From Candidatus Eiseniibacteriota bacterium (GTDB lineage Bacteria > Arandabacterota > Arandabacteria > Arandabacterales > Arandabacteraceae): a stretch of 64,000 bases of DNA. The notes beneath the pieces were generated by a model, which was not told where the DNA came from, searched no databases, and was given only the letters and a program-made list of their open reading frames with translations. The translations under genes and the position numbers were made by a program. Shown piece by piece: positions 18,627-28,039 of this stretch (position 1 is the stretch's first letter; every line of letters starts with the position of its first letter). The DNA lies in assembly GCA_043808325.1 (NCBI GenBank), contig JAZDEY010000059.1, forward strand, positions 11,218 through 75,217, in the 5' to 3' direction.

Positions 18627-19351
18627 CCGGCATCCCCTCCCTTCTGAGTGGTTGGGATTCTTAGGATCGTCACCAGAATGGCAAGCGGCATCTTGACAGC
18701 ATACTTGAGTGACGAGCCTATACCTGAAATCATCGACTTGCCTGCAACCCTGGGGTGCATCACCACCGGGATCTCGCCGACCCTGAGGCCGTGCCGCGCG
18801 ACCCAGACCAGGGTGTCCGCATCGGGGAAGTCCACGGGGTATGAGCCCAACGCAAAGATGGTGAAGGCCTTTCTCGTGACTGCTTGGAAGCCGGAGCTGG
18901 TGTCCGTCAGCTCGAGTCCGGTGATAGCCGAAGCGATCCGGCTGAAGAGCTTCATGCCGACCAGACGCACAAATGAAATCTTGTATGACGCCTTGCCCCT
19001 GAACCTGGAACCTACCACCAGATCATATCGGTCGGACGCTTCAACCAGCGGCTGGATGTAGTCCGGGTCATGCTGCCCGTCCGCATCCAGCAGCACCACG
19101 AGGTCGTACTCCCGGGCATAGGCATACTTGAAGCCGGTCTGAACCGCGCCACCGTAACCCAGCCTGATCGGAGCTCGCAGGATCTTGGCCCCGGCCCGGC
19201 CGGCGACCTCGGCGGTCCCGTCCTGGGAGGCATCGTCGATTACAATCACGTCGAAATCAGGGTGCAGGGTCCGCACTTTCGAGACCACGGACGCTACCGA
19301 GACCTCCTCGTTGCGTGCCGGGATAACTACGGCTACTTTGCGTTCGGGCAT
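18623..19351 (-). CDS. DPM-like GT2 glycosyltransferase
   Basis: IPARNEE, DDAS.DGT, LGYGGAVQTG, DADGQHDP and DTSSGF motifs. Start at ATG 19351. Confidence 0.9.
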   Translation of the reverse strand: MPERKVAVVIPARNEEVSVASVVSKVRTLHPDFDVIVIDDASQDGTAEVAGRAGAKILRAPIRLGYGGAVQTGFKYAYAREYDLVVLLDADGQHDPDYIQPLVEASDRYDLVVGSRFRGKASYKISFVRLVGMKLFSRIASAITGLELTDTSSGFQAVTRKAFTIFALGSYPVDFPDADTLVWVARHGLRVGEIPVVMHPRVAGKSMISGIGSSLKYAVKMPLAILVTILRIPTTQKGGDAG

Positions 19352-19367
19352 CCGGCCTTCCTGTGTG

Positions 19368-20405
19368 CTACCTTTCCGGCGCAATACCGGGCTCCGGCGT
19401 GGGTTCGGTTCCCGTCTCGGCTGCTTGCGGTCCCCCCGACCCGGCGTGCACCGGCGCATGCGGTCTTCTGTAAAGTAATCTCGATAGACCGGCAAGCACA
19501 AGGACCGAGAACCAGATGGCCAACCTCAGCGAGACCAGGTACGGCACGACGTCGGCCTGATCGACCCTGATCTTCATCAAGATCAGCGACCACAACCAGT
19601 CTACAATGCCTATGCCCCCGGGCGTAACTGCAAAAACAGCTGCGGCCTGCGCTCCGGGAGTAAAGAGCAGCATATCGGCGGTGCGGCCTATCATTCCCAT
19701 TGCCAGGGCTATCGAAGCGAAGCGGAATGACGTGCACAGAAATTTCATGCCGCTCAGGAGATAGAGCTTGGGCGTGACCGATGGAAAGCTGCTGGCCACC
19801 AGGAACTTGCTCTCGGCATCGGCGTCGACCCTGCTGCGGATGCCGGGGATCCTGCAGACGGCCTTGAACAGGAAGTGAAATATCAGAACAACAAAATCCA
19901 TGCTCTGGCGGCCCCAGAGGACGAAACACAGGTAGCCCGCGGCGAAGGCGAGACCGTAAAGGACCAGACCCAGTCCCGGCTGGATCACACCCAAAATGAA
20001 AAGCAGCGACGGCACAAAAAGAAACGCGGCCACGACCACATCGAAGGTGCGGTCAAGGTAGACCGAATACGAGGCCTTCCCTATGGGTATGGCGTGGTCG
20101 AACTTGAGCGACATAGTGCGTGCCGCAAAGTCACCGAAGTCCATGGGAACAACAAGCCCGAGAACACGGCCGATCATGAAGTAGTGCAAGAGCGACCCGA
20201 AGTGTGTCGCGCGCGCCTCGCCCATCGAATGGAGACAGACTCGCCACTTAAGAGCCGACGACAGAGCGATGCCCGCGGTACACAGGAAGCAAACCACGAG
20301 AGGCATAAGATGGAGCGAACCGATCTTGCCGAGGTCGTGGCGCCCCCAAAAGAGGAGCGCCGCCATCAGGACTATCCCCAGCACCCACAGCCGGCGATTC
20401 CTCAC
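19368..20405 (-). CDS. UPF0104 flippase-like membrane protein
   Basis: Multi-TM protein with LKWR, P...GD..AR, DRTFD and TPGGIG motifs. Confidence 0.75.
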   Translation of the reverse strand: MRNRRLWVLGIVLMAALLFWGRHDLGKIGSLHLMPLVVCFLCTAGIALSSALKWRVCLHSMGEARATHFGSLLHYFMIGRVLGLVVPMDFGDFAARTMSLKFDHAIPIGKASYSVYLDRTFDVVVAAFLFVPSLLFILGVIQPGLGLVLYGLAFAAGYLCFVLWGRQSMDFVVLIFHFLFKAVCRIPGIRSRVDADAESKFLVASSFPSVTPKLYLLSGMKFLCTSFRFASIALAMGMIGRTADMLLFTPGAQAAAVFAVTPGGIGIVDWLWSLILMKIRVDQADVVPYLVSLRLAIWFSVLVLAGLSRLLYRRPHAPVHAGSGGPQAAETGTEPTPEPGIAPER

Positions 20406-20416
20406 TAAGCCTCCCG

Positions 20417-22084
20417 TCAGGAAATATAGCCCAAGCCCTTCAGCCTCTGTTTGATGCTCTCATCATCGGTGGTCTGCCGTTGCCCCCGGGGGGGGACGGG
20501 AGTGTCTTCCATCTTGAAGTAGGCCGGGGGCCGCCGCGCTATCTCGGCCTGATCGATAATGCCGACAGGCAGTTTGCCATCGAGGCCTTCGGGTATGGGA
20601 AGACCCATCAGGTAAAGCACCAGCGGGACCGTGTCCAGTACTGTGAGGTCCTTAACCTCGGCTCCCCGCTTGATTCCGGGCCCCTTGGCGATCAGTATGC
20701 CGTCCATCCTGTGTTGTGCCGATATCGCATGTGAGGCCGCCTCCACCACCTTGTTTGAAGAGAACTCAAAATCCCCAAAGACCGCCTGGGTAGGCTCGCT
20801 CGGAAGAAAGTAGAGGTCCGGCAGCTCGCCCAGGTACTTACCCTTGTAGATCTCCTCCCTCATCACAACCTGCTTCATGAGAGGCTTGCCGGTCCCGGGA
20901 TGCCGCACCCCAACCAGCATGCTCCTCAGGGAATCCCGCGTGCGCTCATATTCTTCTTGCGGGACCACGCCCGAGGGCTCCCGGCCCTTCAGGTTTATGA
21001 AGACGCCACCGTAGACCCCACCACTCATGGCATAAGCGGTCGATCGCTCCCAGTCGATATCCGAGAATGAAAAGAAGAACCGGCGCAAGAGACCGTAGCC
21101 CTTGCTGGTCCACCTGAGACCCATCCTCACTTTGCCGAGCTTCGCCGCAGCCCCCACCCGGTATACATTGAGAGGGGTGAGCCCGGCCCTGAAAAACGCG
21201 TACTTGAGCCAGGACCGAAGACTCCGTCTCACCTTAAGCACGCCCTGCTTAAGAAAGAGATTATTGGCATGGATGAACTCGTGGAGCGGACCCGCGCCGT
21301 GATCCGACAACACGATCACGGGGACATCCTCTCCCACCGACTCGGTAACGTCCGCGAGCATCGTATCGATCGTCTTATAGAAGTCAACTATCCGCCGGCC
21401 GTACTTTTTCGCGTCCTTTGCCCGGTAGCGGGGATGCGCCGGATCGATCAGATGCCACAGGGCATGCTGAAGGAAATCCGTCTCGCTGAAGACCTGCATA
21501 GCAAACGCCCAATCCACCTGCTTCAGAAGCTCTCTCAAGACACGCCCCTTGATCTTGAGAATAGCGGTCACTTCATCCAGGAAGGCGTCGGCCCGCCCCG
21601 GAACATAGGCTTGATCGGGGACTATCCTGTAGGACGGCTCGATCGTTCTTATTGTGTCGAAGAATACCGGCGGATAAGTGCACTCGGTACTCCCCAAGGG
21701 CGTCGTTAGCCCGGTCACCATGTAGCCGTTGACTTCCCGTGGCGGGTAGGTCATCGGCACATTGAGCACCAGGACCTTGCCGCCGAAATGCCCGACGATA
21801 TCCCAGATCGCAGGTGCTCTCAAAGAAGATCCGTTGAGAAAGGCCAGATCATAAGAGGTCTCGGCCCTGACGATCAGATCGGCGATCCCGTGGTTGCTTG
21901 GATCGAGGCCGGTTACGATCGACGACCAGGCAGGCCCGGTGCCCGGTGGGACAACGGTGCGGAGCCTGCCCCAAACACCGGCATCCATAAGCGCCTTGAG
22001 AGCGGGCATCTCGCCTTTCTCAATCAGGGGCAAGAGCAGATCAAAAGTGCCCCCGTCGAGCCCTATCACGAGTGCCTTGCGCAA
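20417..22084 (-). CDS. Alkaline phosphatase superfamily (type I phosphodiesterase/nucleotide pyrophosphatase) protein
   Basis: IGLDGG, PPGTGPAWSSIVTG..P..HG, TD..QH, SDHG and HRMDG motifs, ending in RLKGLGYI. Confidence 0.85.
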   Translation of the reverse strand: MRKALVIGLDGGTFDLLLPLIEKGEMPALKALMDAGVWGRLRTVVPPGTGPAWSSIVTGLDPSNHGIADLIVRAETSYDLAFLNGSSLRAPAIWDIVGHFGGKVLVLNVPMTYPPREVNGYMVTGLTTPLGSTECTYPPVFFDTIRTIEPSYRIVPDQAYVPGRADAFLDEVTAILKIKGRVLRELLKQVDWAFAMQVFSETDFLQHALWHLIDPAHPRYRAKDAKKYGRRIVDFYKTIDTMLADVTESVGEDVPVIVLSDHGAGPLHEFIHANNLFLKQGVLKVRRSLRSWLKYAFFRAGLTPLNVYRVGAAAKLGKVRMGLRWTSKGYGLLRRFFFSFSDIDWERSTAYAMSGGVYGGVFINLKGREPSGVVPQEEYERTRDSLRSMLVGVRHPGTGKPLMKQVVMREEIYKGKYLGELPDLYFLPSEPTQAVFGDFEFSSNKVVEAASHAISAQHRMDGILIAKGPGIKRGAEVKDLTVLDTVPLVLYLMGLPIPEGLDGKLPVGIIDQAEIARRPPAYFKMEDTPVPPRGQRQTTDDESIKQRLKGLGYIS

Positions 22085-22098
22085 AGGGGTAATTGTAG

Positions 22099-24441
22099 CT
22101 ACTCTCCTCTTACCTTCTTCTCCAGGGACTGCAGTAGGTTCGCGGCAGACTTGTCGTTGGGATGGAGGTCAAGCCAGCGCCTGACGATATCAGCCGCCTT
22201 TACGTGGGCTCCTTGCTCTTCGTAGAATGAGGCAAGCATCGAAAATCCGTCGGGATTGTCGGGGAGTGCGTTGATGAGGCGCATCAGGATGCCCTCGGCA
22301 CCTTGCTGATTGTTGGCCCTCCGGTAGACCCTGAAAAGCTGCAGATAGATGTTGACGTTCCTGGGCTCCGCGGCAAGGAACGAGTACGCCAGACTCTCAG
22401 CCTTGGCAATCTGGCCGGCATACCCGTAAGTAGCCACGGCAATCTCCTTGTAGCCTTCAAAGCCCGGGGAGACTAGAATCGCCCGTTCGAGCTCGCGCAT
22501 CGCATTATCGAACTCGGCATTCTGAAGGTAATAGACGCAAAGTTTAAGGTGGGCAGCGGCGTAATTGGTCACCAGCCGCTGGGTGTTTGTGTCCTTATAG
22601 ACCTTGGTGTCGTACACGTACCTGGAGGCAAAGTCCGTAGAATCCGCGCCGCCCCATTTTCGGACATCGGTGAACTGGGGAGCCGAGGCCGGCCCGCCGG
22701 CCGCCGGCAGAAGCAGTCCTCGATACTTGTAAACGCTGTAAAGGTTGTATAGCGTCCGCGTGAGATCGATCGACTCCGAGACTTCCTTGGGTTCGTACCT
22801 GAACGCAAGACCCTCCAGTACAAGATGCGGATCATAGCCCATATAGTCCGCCACCGTTACCGCAAAGTAGATCGGCCGGTTGCCCTGGTTCCGGTCGATG
22901 ATGTCCTTGGCGGCGATGTCTTTCACCATCACGATCTTGCCGTCTCGGTCCCTGAAGGGCCGCAGCTCGTTGACTTCCTTGTCGGTGAAGCTGATGTCCA
23001 ACTTGGGCTCGATATGCTTGAGCTGCCAGATGTACCACGGCGTATTGAGCAGACTCAGATTGACAACACGCACATCCTTCCGGAAGTTCTTGACCTCCTG
23101 GATGAACCACAGCGGGAAAGTATCGTTGTCCCCGTTGGTGAATATCAGGCCGTTAGGGGCAACCGTGGCCAGCATGTTGTAGCCGTAATCGTGGGCGTTA
23201 TAGTCCCCCCGCCGGTCATGGGTCCTGAAGTTCACGAAGTAGGATGAGAAGGTAAAAGCGATCATCACCGCCAGCGCGACCGGCGTGAGCCACCGCGACC
23301 ACTTGGTGGAGGCGGTAAGATCGGCCAGATAAGCAAAGGCTACCCCGATCCAGGGGCAGAAGAAAATGAAACCGTGGGCATAGAAGTAATCCCGATCTCT
23401 GACCTCGTGGTCGGTGAAATTCATGTAGACTATGAGGAACAGAGTCAGCATCAGGAAGAGGCCCGCAATCAGTATGAAGGTTCTCCTGTGCTTGAGGTAG
23501 TGAATCACCGCGCCGAATGCGCCTGCGAGCATCAGGAGGATCGTCCAGCTGCCTCCCGCGCCGGTCCACTGCTCACTGAAATATCGCCAGAACATGCCGA
23601 ACTGGAACGACCAGGGGGCCTGCCTCACAAAAATCGTCATCGGCTTGTACTGCTTCCTCAAGATGCAATCCTTGAACGCCGCCCATCTCTGGGGATCAGC
23701 CTCGTCTATCCTGGGGTTAAGCGACGATCGAATGGGCAGGTAGAGATGATCGCTGAGTCCCAGAATTATGGCAAAGACCGCCAGCACGACCAGCCTGGCG
23801 TCGGTAAAGATCCGCCAGTCCACCACGAGAGCGAATACGACGAACGCGGGAAACACCAGAGCTGTCCCAAGATGAAGCCCGACGCTGATCGCGATCAGAA
23901 AACAGATCAGGACCAGGCTGTTCCGGCTGCCGGGCTCGCGATAGCGCTCGCCCCACCTGACCATCAACCACGTGATGAAAGTCATGATGAACGCTGAAGG
24001 CGCATAGACTTCGGCCTCTATGGCGTCGGACCAATGGCTGCTGGAGAAAGCGGCCGCAAGCGCCGCACAGGCCGCTGACGAGTACATGATCATCCGGTCT
24101 CGCGGTCCTTTGGGTGTTCCTCTCCACTGGACCAGGATCTTCACGGTGATCAGGTAAATGAAGAGAGCCGTGAGAGCTCCCGTGATGGTGGACATCAGGT
24201 TGACGCTAAAGGCCTTCTCCTGGAAAGGCAGCATCGTGAAAAGATGCGCCACAAGCTGGTAAAGAGGGGTGCCGGGCGGATGCGGGACACCCAGAATGTA
24301 GGCGGTTGCTATGAACTCTCCGCAGTCCCAGAACGCAAGCGTTGAACCTATGGTAGTGAGATAGCAGGAGAAAGCCGTGACGAAAACCGCGGCCCCGGCA
24401 ATCATGTTCCATCTGCGATGGCTAGCTTCCATCTCCGTCAC
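22099..24441 (-). CDS. DUF2723 (TMEM260-like) GT-C membrane protein with C-terminal TPRs
   Basis: WDCGEF...VPHPPGTPLY, EAEVYA, RDRDYFY and NGDNDTFPLW motifs plus a TPR tail. Confidence 0.85.
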   Translation of the reverse strand: MTEMEASHRRWNMIAGAAVFVTAFSCYLTTIGSTLAFWDCGEFIATAYILGVPHPPGTPLYQLVAHLFTMLPFQEKAFSVNLMSTITGALTALFIYLITVKILVQWRGTPKGPRDRMIMYSSAACAALAAAFSSSHWSDAIEAEVYAPSAFIMTFITWLMVRWGERYREPGSRNSLVLICFLIAISVGLHLGTALVFPAFVVFALVVDWRIFTDARLVVLAVFAIILGLSDHLYLPIRSSLNPRIDEADPQRWAAFKDCILRKQYKPMTIFVRQAPWSFQFGMFWRYFSEQWTGAGGSWTILLMLAGAFGAVIHYLKHRRTFILIAGLFLMLTLFLIVYMNFTDHEVRDRDYFYAHGFIFFCPWIGVAFAYLADLTASTKWSRWLTPVALAVMIAFTFSSYFVNFRTHDRRGDYNAHDYGYNMLATVAPNGLIFTNGDNDTFPLWFIQEVKNFRKDVRVVNLSLLNTPWYIWQLKHIEPKLDISFTDKEVNELRPFRDRDGKIVMVKDIAAKDIIDRNQGNRPIYFAVTVADYMGYDPHLVLEGLAFRYEPKEVSESIDLTRTLYNLYSVYKYRGLLLPAAGGPASAPQFTDVRKWGGADSTDFASRYVYDTKVYKDTNTQRLVTNYAAAHLKLCVYYLQNAEFDNAMRELERAILVSPGFEGYKEIAVATYGYAGQIAKAESLAYSFLAAEPRNVNIYLQLFRVYRRANNQQGAEGILMRLINALPDNPDGFSMLASFYEEQGAHVKAADIVRRWLDLHPNDKSAANLLQSLEKKVRGE

Positions 24442-25447
24442 CGAGCTTCCCTCCTCGAAACTCCCGCTCGATCTGGGCCGGCGCCAGACCCCGAATCAGA
24501 TATGTCAGGCCGCCGGCCAGGCTCACTATGACTCCGACCAAGTAAGCCAGCAGTCCCATCACCAAGGCCTGTTCCCGTGTCACACTCGGAACTGCCGTGC
24601 AGAAAAAGAGTATCCCCAACCCTTCCCGTACGCCCAGTCCGCCTATGGATATGGGCAACGCTATGAAGATAGCAATAACCGGCACAAAAAGGAAGAAGTA
24701 GATTGCCGGAATCGGAAGGCCCATCGCCATCGAGACCTGGTAGTGCACCAGGGTTCTCAGTGCCTGGACCACGAGCGATACAAGGAGCACCCACACAAGT
24801 GTGCTGCCGCTCTTGCTATATAGGTAAAAGGACTCGTAGATCCGCTTGAACCTGTCGTGAAGGCCCCGGATCAGTATCGGCCGGGCCAGGTTGCGGAGCG
24901 TACGGGCAAGCCGCCTCGAGAAGAGCACCAGGAACGCCAGGGCCAGAATACCCATAAAGGCGAGCACGATAACCAGACTTCCCAGTCCGAATCTCCGCTC
25001 GAGGCCGAGGGTCCGGTAGCTGGCCGCAACATAGATGCCCGCGGGCACAGCCAGGAGCGCGAGGGTTACCATGCCTACAAGCCTGTCGGTCACGGTTGCA
25101 GCTATGGCCTGGTCCGGCTGGCCTGAGTCCTTGTAGACATCATAGATCCTTACCACATCACCCCCGATGTTGGCCGGCAGGAAATTGTTGAAGAAGGCCC
25201 CCACGAAGTAGAAGGAGAGCGTCCTGCGGAACCGGATGTGAATGCCCTGCAGCGCGAGGAGCATCGCCCATTGGACGTTTCCCAGCACCAGGGACGCCGC
25301 GAAAGTCACCAACGAGAGCACCAGCCAGGGCCAGCGTACGGTCAACAGGGCCTGGGCGGTCTGCCTCAGATCCAACTTGGTAAGAATCAACAGGATCAGC
25401 GCTGCGCTGATCGCGATCCGGGCATATCGCGTCTGGAAGTATTTCAC
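24422..25447 (-). CDS. UPF0104/lysylphosphatidylglycerol synthase TM-domain flippase-like protein
   Basis: FFNNFLPANIGGDVVR, DRLVG and PISIGGLGVREG motifs. Start uncertain; GTG 25447 chosen. Confidence 0.82.
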   Translation of the reverse strand: MKYFQTRYARIAISAALILLILTKLDLRQTAQALLTVRWPWLVLSLVTFAASLVLGNVQWAMLLALQGIHIRFRRTLSFYFVGAFFNNFLPANIGGDVVRIYDVYKDSGQPDQAIAATVTDRLVGMVTLALLAVPAGIYVAASYRTLGLERRFGLGSLVIVLAFMGILALAFLVLFSRRLARTLRNLARPILIRGLHDRFKRIYESFYLYSKSGSTLVWVLLVSLVVQALRTLVHYQVSMAMGLPIPAIYFFLFVPVIAIFIALPISIGGLGVREGLGILFFCTAVPSVTREQALVMGLLAYLVGVIVSLAGGLTYLIRGLAPAQIEREFRGGKLGDGDGS

Positions 25448-25539
25448 GGCTCTCAGGTGACCTGCCTCCTTCCAATCCCCAATCCCGAAGGGTATCCGGG
25501 GCAACCACACCCGCCTATGGCGGGCACCGACCGTCGGCA

Positions 25540-25568
25540 AGCATACAGTTTATGGGTGCGATAGTCAC
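25540..25568 (-). promoter_or_regulatory. Candidate sigma70 promoter for the glycosylation operon
   Basis: Minus strand GTGACT-17 nt-TATGCT in the intergenic gap. Confidence 0.4.
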
Positions 25569-25678
25569 ACTTATTTTCCACAGCCGGGGCCGAGCACAGT
25601 TCCCACCGGGCGCGCCGCGCCTGCAACCGGGGGAACGAGGGTTACCTGTCTCGCGACGTGCGGGGACGGAAGGTAGAA

Positions 25679-26791
25679 CTACTCGTTCTTCTGGAGGCGA
25701 TCTATAATGCCGAGTATTGCTTCAGCCGAGTGGTCCCAATTGAACTTCTGCGACCAGGTAACGGCGGCGTCACTCAATCTCTCGCGCAGCGCCTGATCGG
25801 CCAGGATCTCGGCGATCCGATCCGCAAAGCCCCGGACATCACCATGGGCAACCAGGAAGCCTGTCTTGCCGTCAAGGATCGCGTCCCTCAAACCAGGAAC
25901 GTCGCTGGCGACCACCGGTGTGCCGCAGGCATTGGCCTCGGTCACGGTTACCCCCCAGCCTTCCTTGCTCGAGGGATTGACCACGACGTGAGCCTTTCTC
26001 AGAATCTCGATCTTCCGGTCCTCGCTCACGAATCCCGGGAAATCGACGCGGTCGGCGATACCCATGCTCTTGGCCTGACGCACAAGCGCCGGCAAGTAAT
26101 CCCCCGAACCGACTATGACAAGGCGAGCCGTGGGGAACCTCTCGAAAACCAGCTTGGCAGCCGATAGGACCAGGTTGACGCACTTGTAGCGCTTGATTCT
26201 GCCCAGATAGGCAATCAGCGGCTCGGGTGATTTCGGCAGGTCGCCCGGAGTATACCGGGTGTGATCCACCGCGTTATGAACCACCTCGATATTGGCGGCC
26301 GGTATGCCGCGTCGCACGAGTTCCTGCCTGGTGCTTTCGGAGACTGCGACAAACCTGGTCTTCCGGTACACCAGGGGGATCAGGGCTTCGCTCAGATAAA
26401 CATAAGCCGCCAGAGGAAATGCGGTCTCAAGGAATATGGTCCCGGCAAAAAGGTGATGGGAGATTGCGAGGATCGGCTTCCTGATGTAGAGCGGCGTATA
26501 GAAGGGAATCTTGTTGATGTCATCGACAACCAGGTCGAAGCCGTGATCCCTGATCAGAGTCTTGGATGCGGACCTCACGTGGAAATTGAACGAGTACTTG
26601 CCGCCCGATCGCACGATCCTTACGCCATCGATCGTCTCCTCGGCAGGCGCCCCCTCAAACCGGGAAGCAAGCACCGTCACCTGGTGCCCTCGAGCTGCGA
26701 TCCGTTTGGAGATCTCGTGGAGATGGACCTCGGCTCCTCCGGCTTCGGGGTTCCTGATGTCTCTCCAATTGATCATGAGAATCTTGAGCAT
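25679..26791 (-). CDS. Glycosyltransferase family 4
   Basis: NWRDI.NPEAGGAE, LGRIKRYK and KEGWG....EANACGTP motifs. Confidence 0.9.
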   Translation of the reverse strand: MLKILMINWRDIRNPEAGGAEVHLHEISKRIAARGHQVTVLASRFEGAPAEETIDGVRIVRSGGKYSFNFHVRSASKTLIRDHGFDLVVDDINKIPFYTPLYIRKPILAISHHLFAGTIFLETAFPLAAYVYLSEALIPLVYRKTRFVAVSESTRQELVRRGIPAANIEVVHNAVDHTRYTPGDLPKSPEPLIAYLGRIKRYKCVNLVLSAAKLVFERFPTARLVIVGSGDYLPALVRQAKSMGIADRVDFPGFVSEDRKIEILRKAHVVVNPSSKEGWGVTVTEANACGTPVVASDVPGLRDAILDGKTGFLVAHGDVRGFADRIAEILADQALRERLSDAAVTWSQKFNWDHSAEAILGIIDRLQKNE

Positions 26792-26793
26792 CG

Positions 26794-27522
26794 CTATTCC
26801 CCATAGGCAAGGCGATTGGCGAGGACCGCAGGTAGTCCGGCACTGATAATCCTCTTCTGGGCGGCCTTCACGTCATAATCGACTCGGACCATCGCCACCC
26901 CGCCGGTATCGCTGTCATAGGTGCACAGGCAGGCCCGGGAGTCGCCGTCCCGCGGCTGGCCGACGCTGCCGACGTTGATTATGTACTTCCGCCCCGCAAC
27001 CACCTCGATCGTGCTCACATCCCGTTCGACCCCTCCGTCCTCATCCATTCGAAAAATGCCGGCCTGATGCGAGTGGCCGACAAAGCATATCTGCTCGGGG
27101 AAAGCACCGAACTCCCGGAGCGCCTGCTCCCGACTGAAAATATAGTCCCAGATGGCGGGATCGGAAGGTGTGGCATGAACGATCCTGAAGCGGCCGTCTT
27201 CAACATGGGTCAAGGGCAAGCTTCCCAGATAGGCAAGGTGTTCAGGCTCGAGAGCCCCCACCGTCCACAGCACGGCATGCCGCGCATAGCTATTGAAGTA
27301 TCTGATGTTGGTTCGGCCCGCCACCCCGAAGTCGTGATTTCCGGCGACGGTAACGCCGGCCAGTTGCTTGACCGCCTCAATGCACTCGACGGGGGAGGCT
27401 CCATAACCCACGATGTCGCCCAAGCAAAGAACCCTGTCGGGTGAAATCCTCTTGATCTCGACCCGGGCAGCCTCAAGAGCTTCCAGGTTGGCATGTATGT
27501 CAGATATCATTACGTAGCGCAC
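26794..27522 (-). CDS. Calcineurin-like metallophosphoesterase
   Basis: SDIHAN, LGDIVGYG, GNHD, GHSH and NVGSVGQPRDGD motifs. Confidence 0.9.
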   Translation of the reverse strand: MRYVMISDIHANLEALEAARVEIKRISPDRVLCLGDIVGYGASPVECIEAVKQLAGVTVAGNHDFGVAGRTNIRYFNSYARHAVLWTVGALEPEHLAYLGSLPLTHVEDGRFRIVHATPSDPAIWDYIFSREQALREFGAFPEQICFVGHSHQAGIFRMDEDGGVERDVSTIEVVAGRKYIINVGSVGQPRDGDSRACLCTYDSDTGGVAMVRVDYDVKAAQKRIISAGLPAVLANRLAYGE

Positions 27523-27937
27523 GCTTCATCCTTGCGACTTTATCCAGAATGCCATTCACGAACCTGCCCGAGTTTTCAGTAGAGAACTTCTTCGCAACCT
27601 CGATAGCCTCGTTTATGGCCACCTTAGCCGGCACGCCGCAAAACAGGATCTCCGCCACACCCAGCCGGAGTGTGTTTTTGTCGATCACCGCCATCCTCGA
27701 AAGATCCCAGTTCTCGGCGACCTCCGCTATTATCTTATCAATCTCCGCCAGATTCTCAAGTGTTTGATTGACAAGAGTCAAGGCAAACTTGCGCTCTTCG
27801 GGCCGCCTGAGCCTCCGGGTTACCCTCCCGGCGGCCTCCTGCGGGCTGAGGTCGCCCATCTCGGCCTCATAGAGGGTTTTGAGTGCCACCTCCCGGGCGT
27901 GGCGTCGTAGCTGCGCTAATGAATCCCTCTGTTTCAC
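27500..27937 (-). CDS. nusB: Transcription antitermination factor NusB
   Basis: RRHARE.A...LY, NW.LSRM..ID and VAINEAIE.AKKF...S.RFVNGILD motifs; follows ribH. Confidence 0.96.
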   Translation of the reverse strand: MKQRDSLAQLRRHAREVALKTLYEAEMGDLSPQEAAGRVTRRLRRPEERKFALTLVNQTLENLAEIDKIIAEVAENWDLSRMAVIDKNTLRLGVAEILFCGVPAKVAINEAIEVAKKFSTENSGRFVNGILDKVARMKRALRNDI

Positions 27938-28039
27938 TGTCCGCTTCCGTTCTCCCGCGCCTGCCTTCTCCAGGCCTGGGTAGCTTCCTTGTGCAGGCGC
28001 GGTTCCACCCAGTTCTTGGTCTCAAGTAGATCCGATGAC

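Noticed and set aside
27997-28017. T-box-like sequence GAACTGGGTGGAACCGCG upstream of nusB
   Set aside because: There is no room for Stem I or a specifier loop (ribH stops ~25 nt upstream), the antiterminator second helix does not form properly, there is no U-tailed terminator, and the downstream gene is not amino-acid related.
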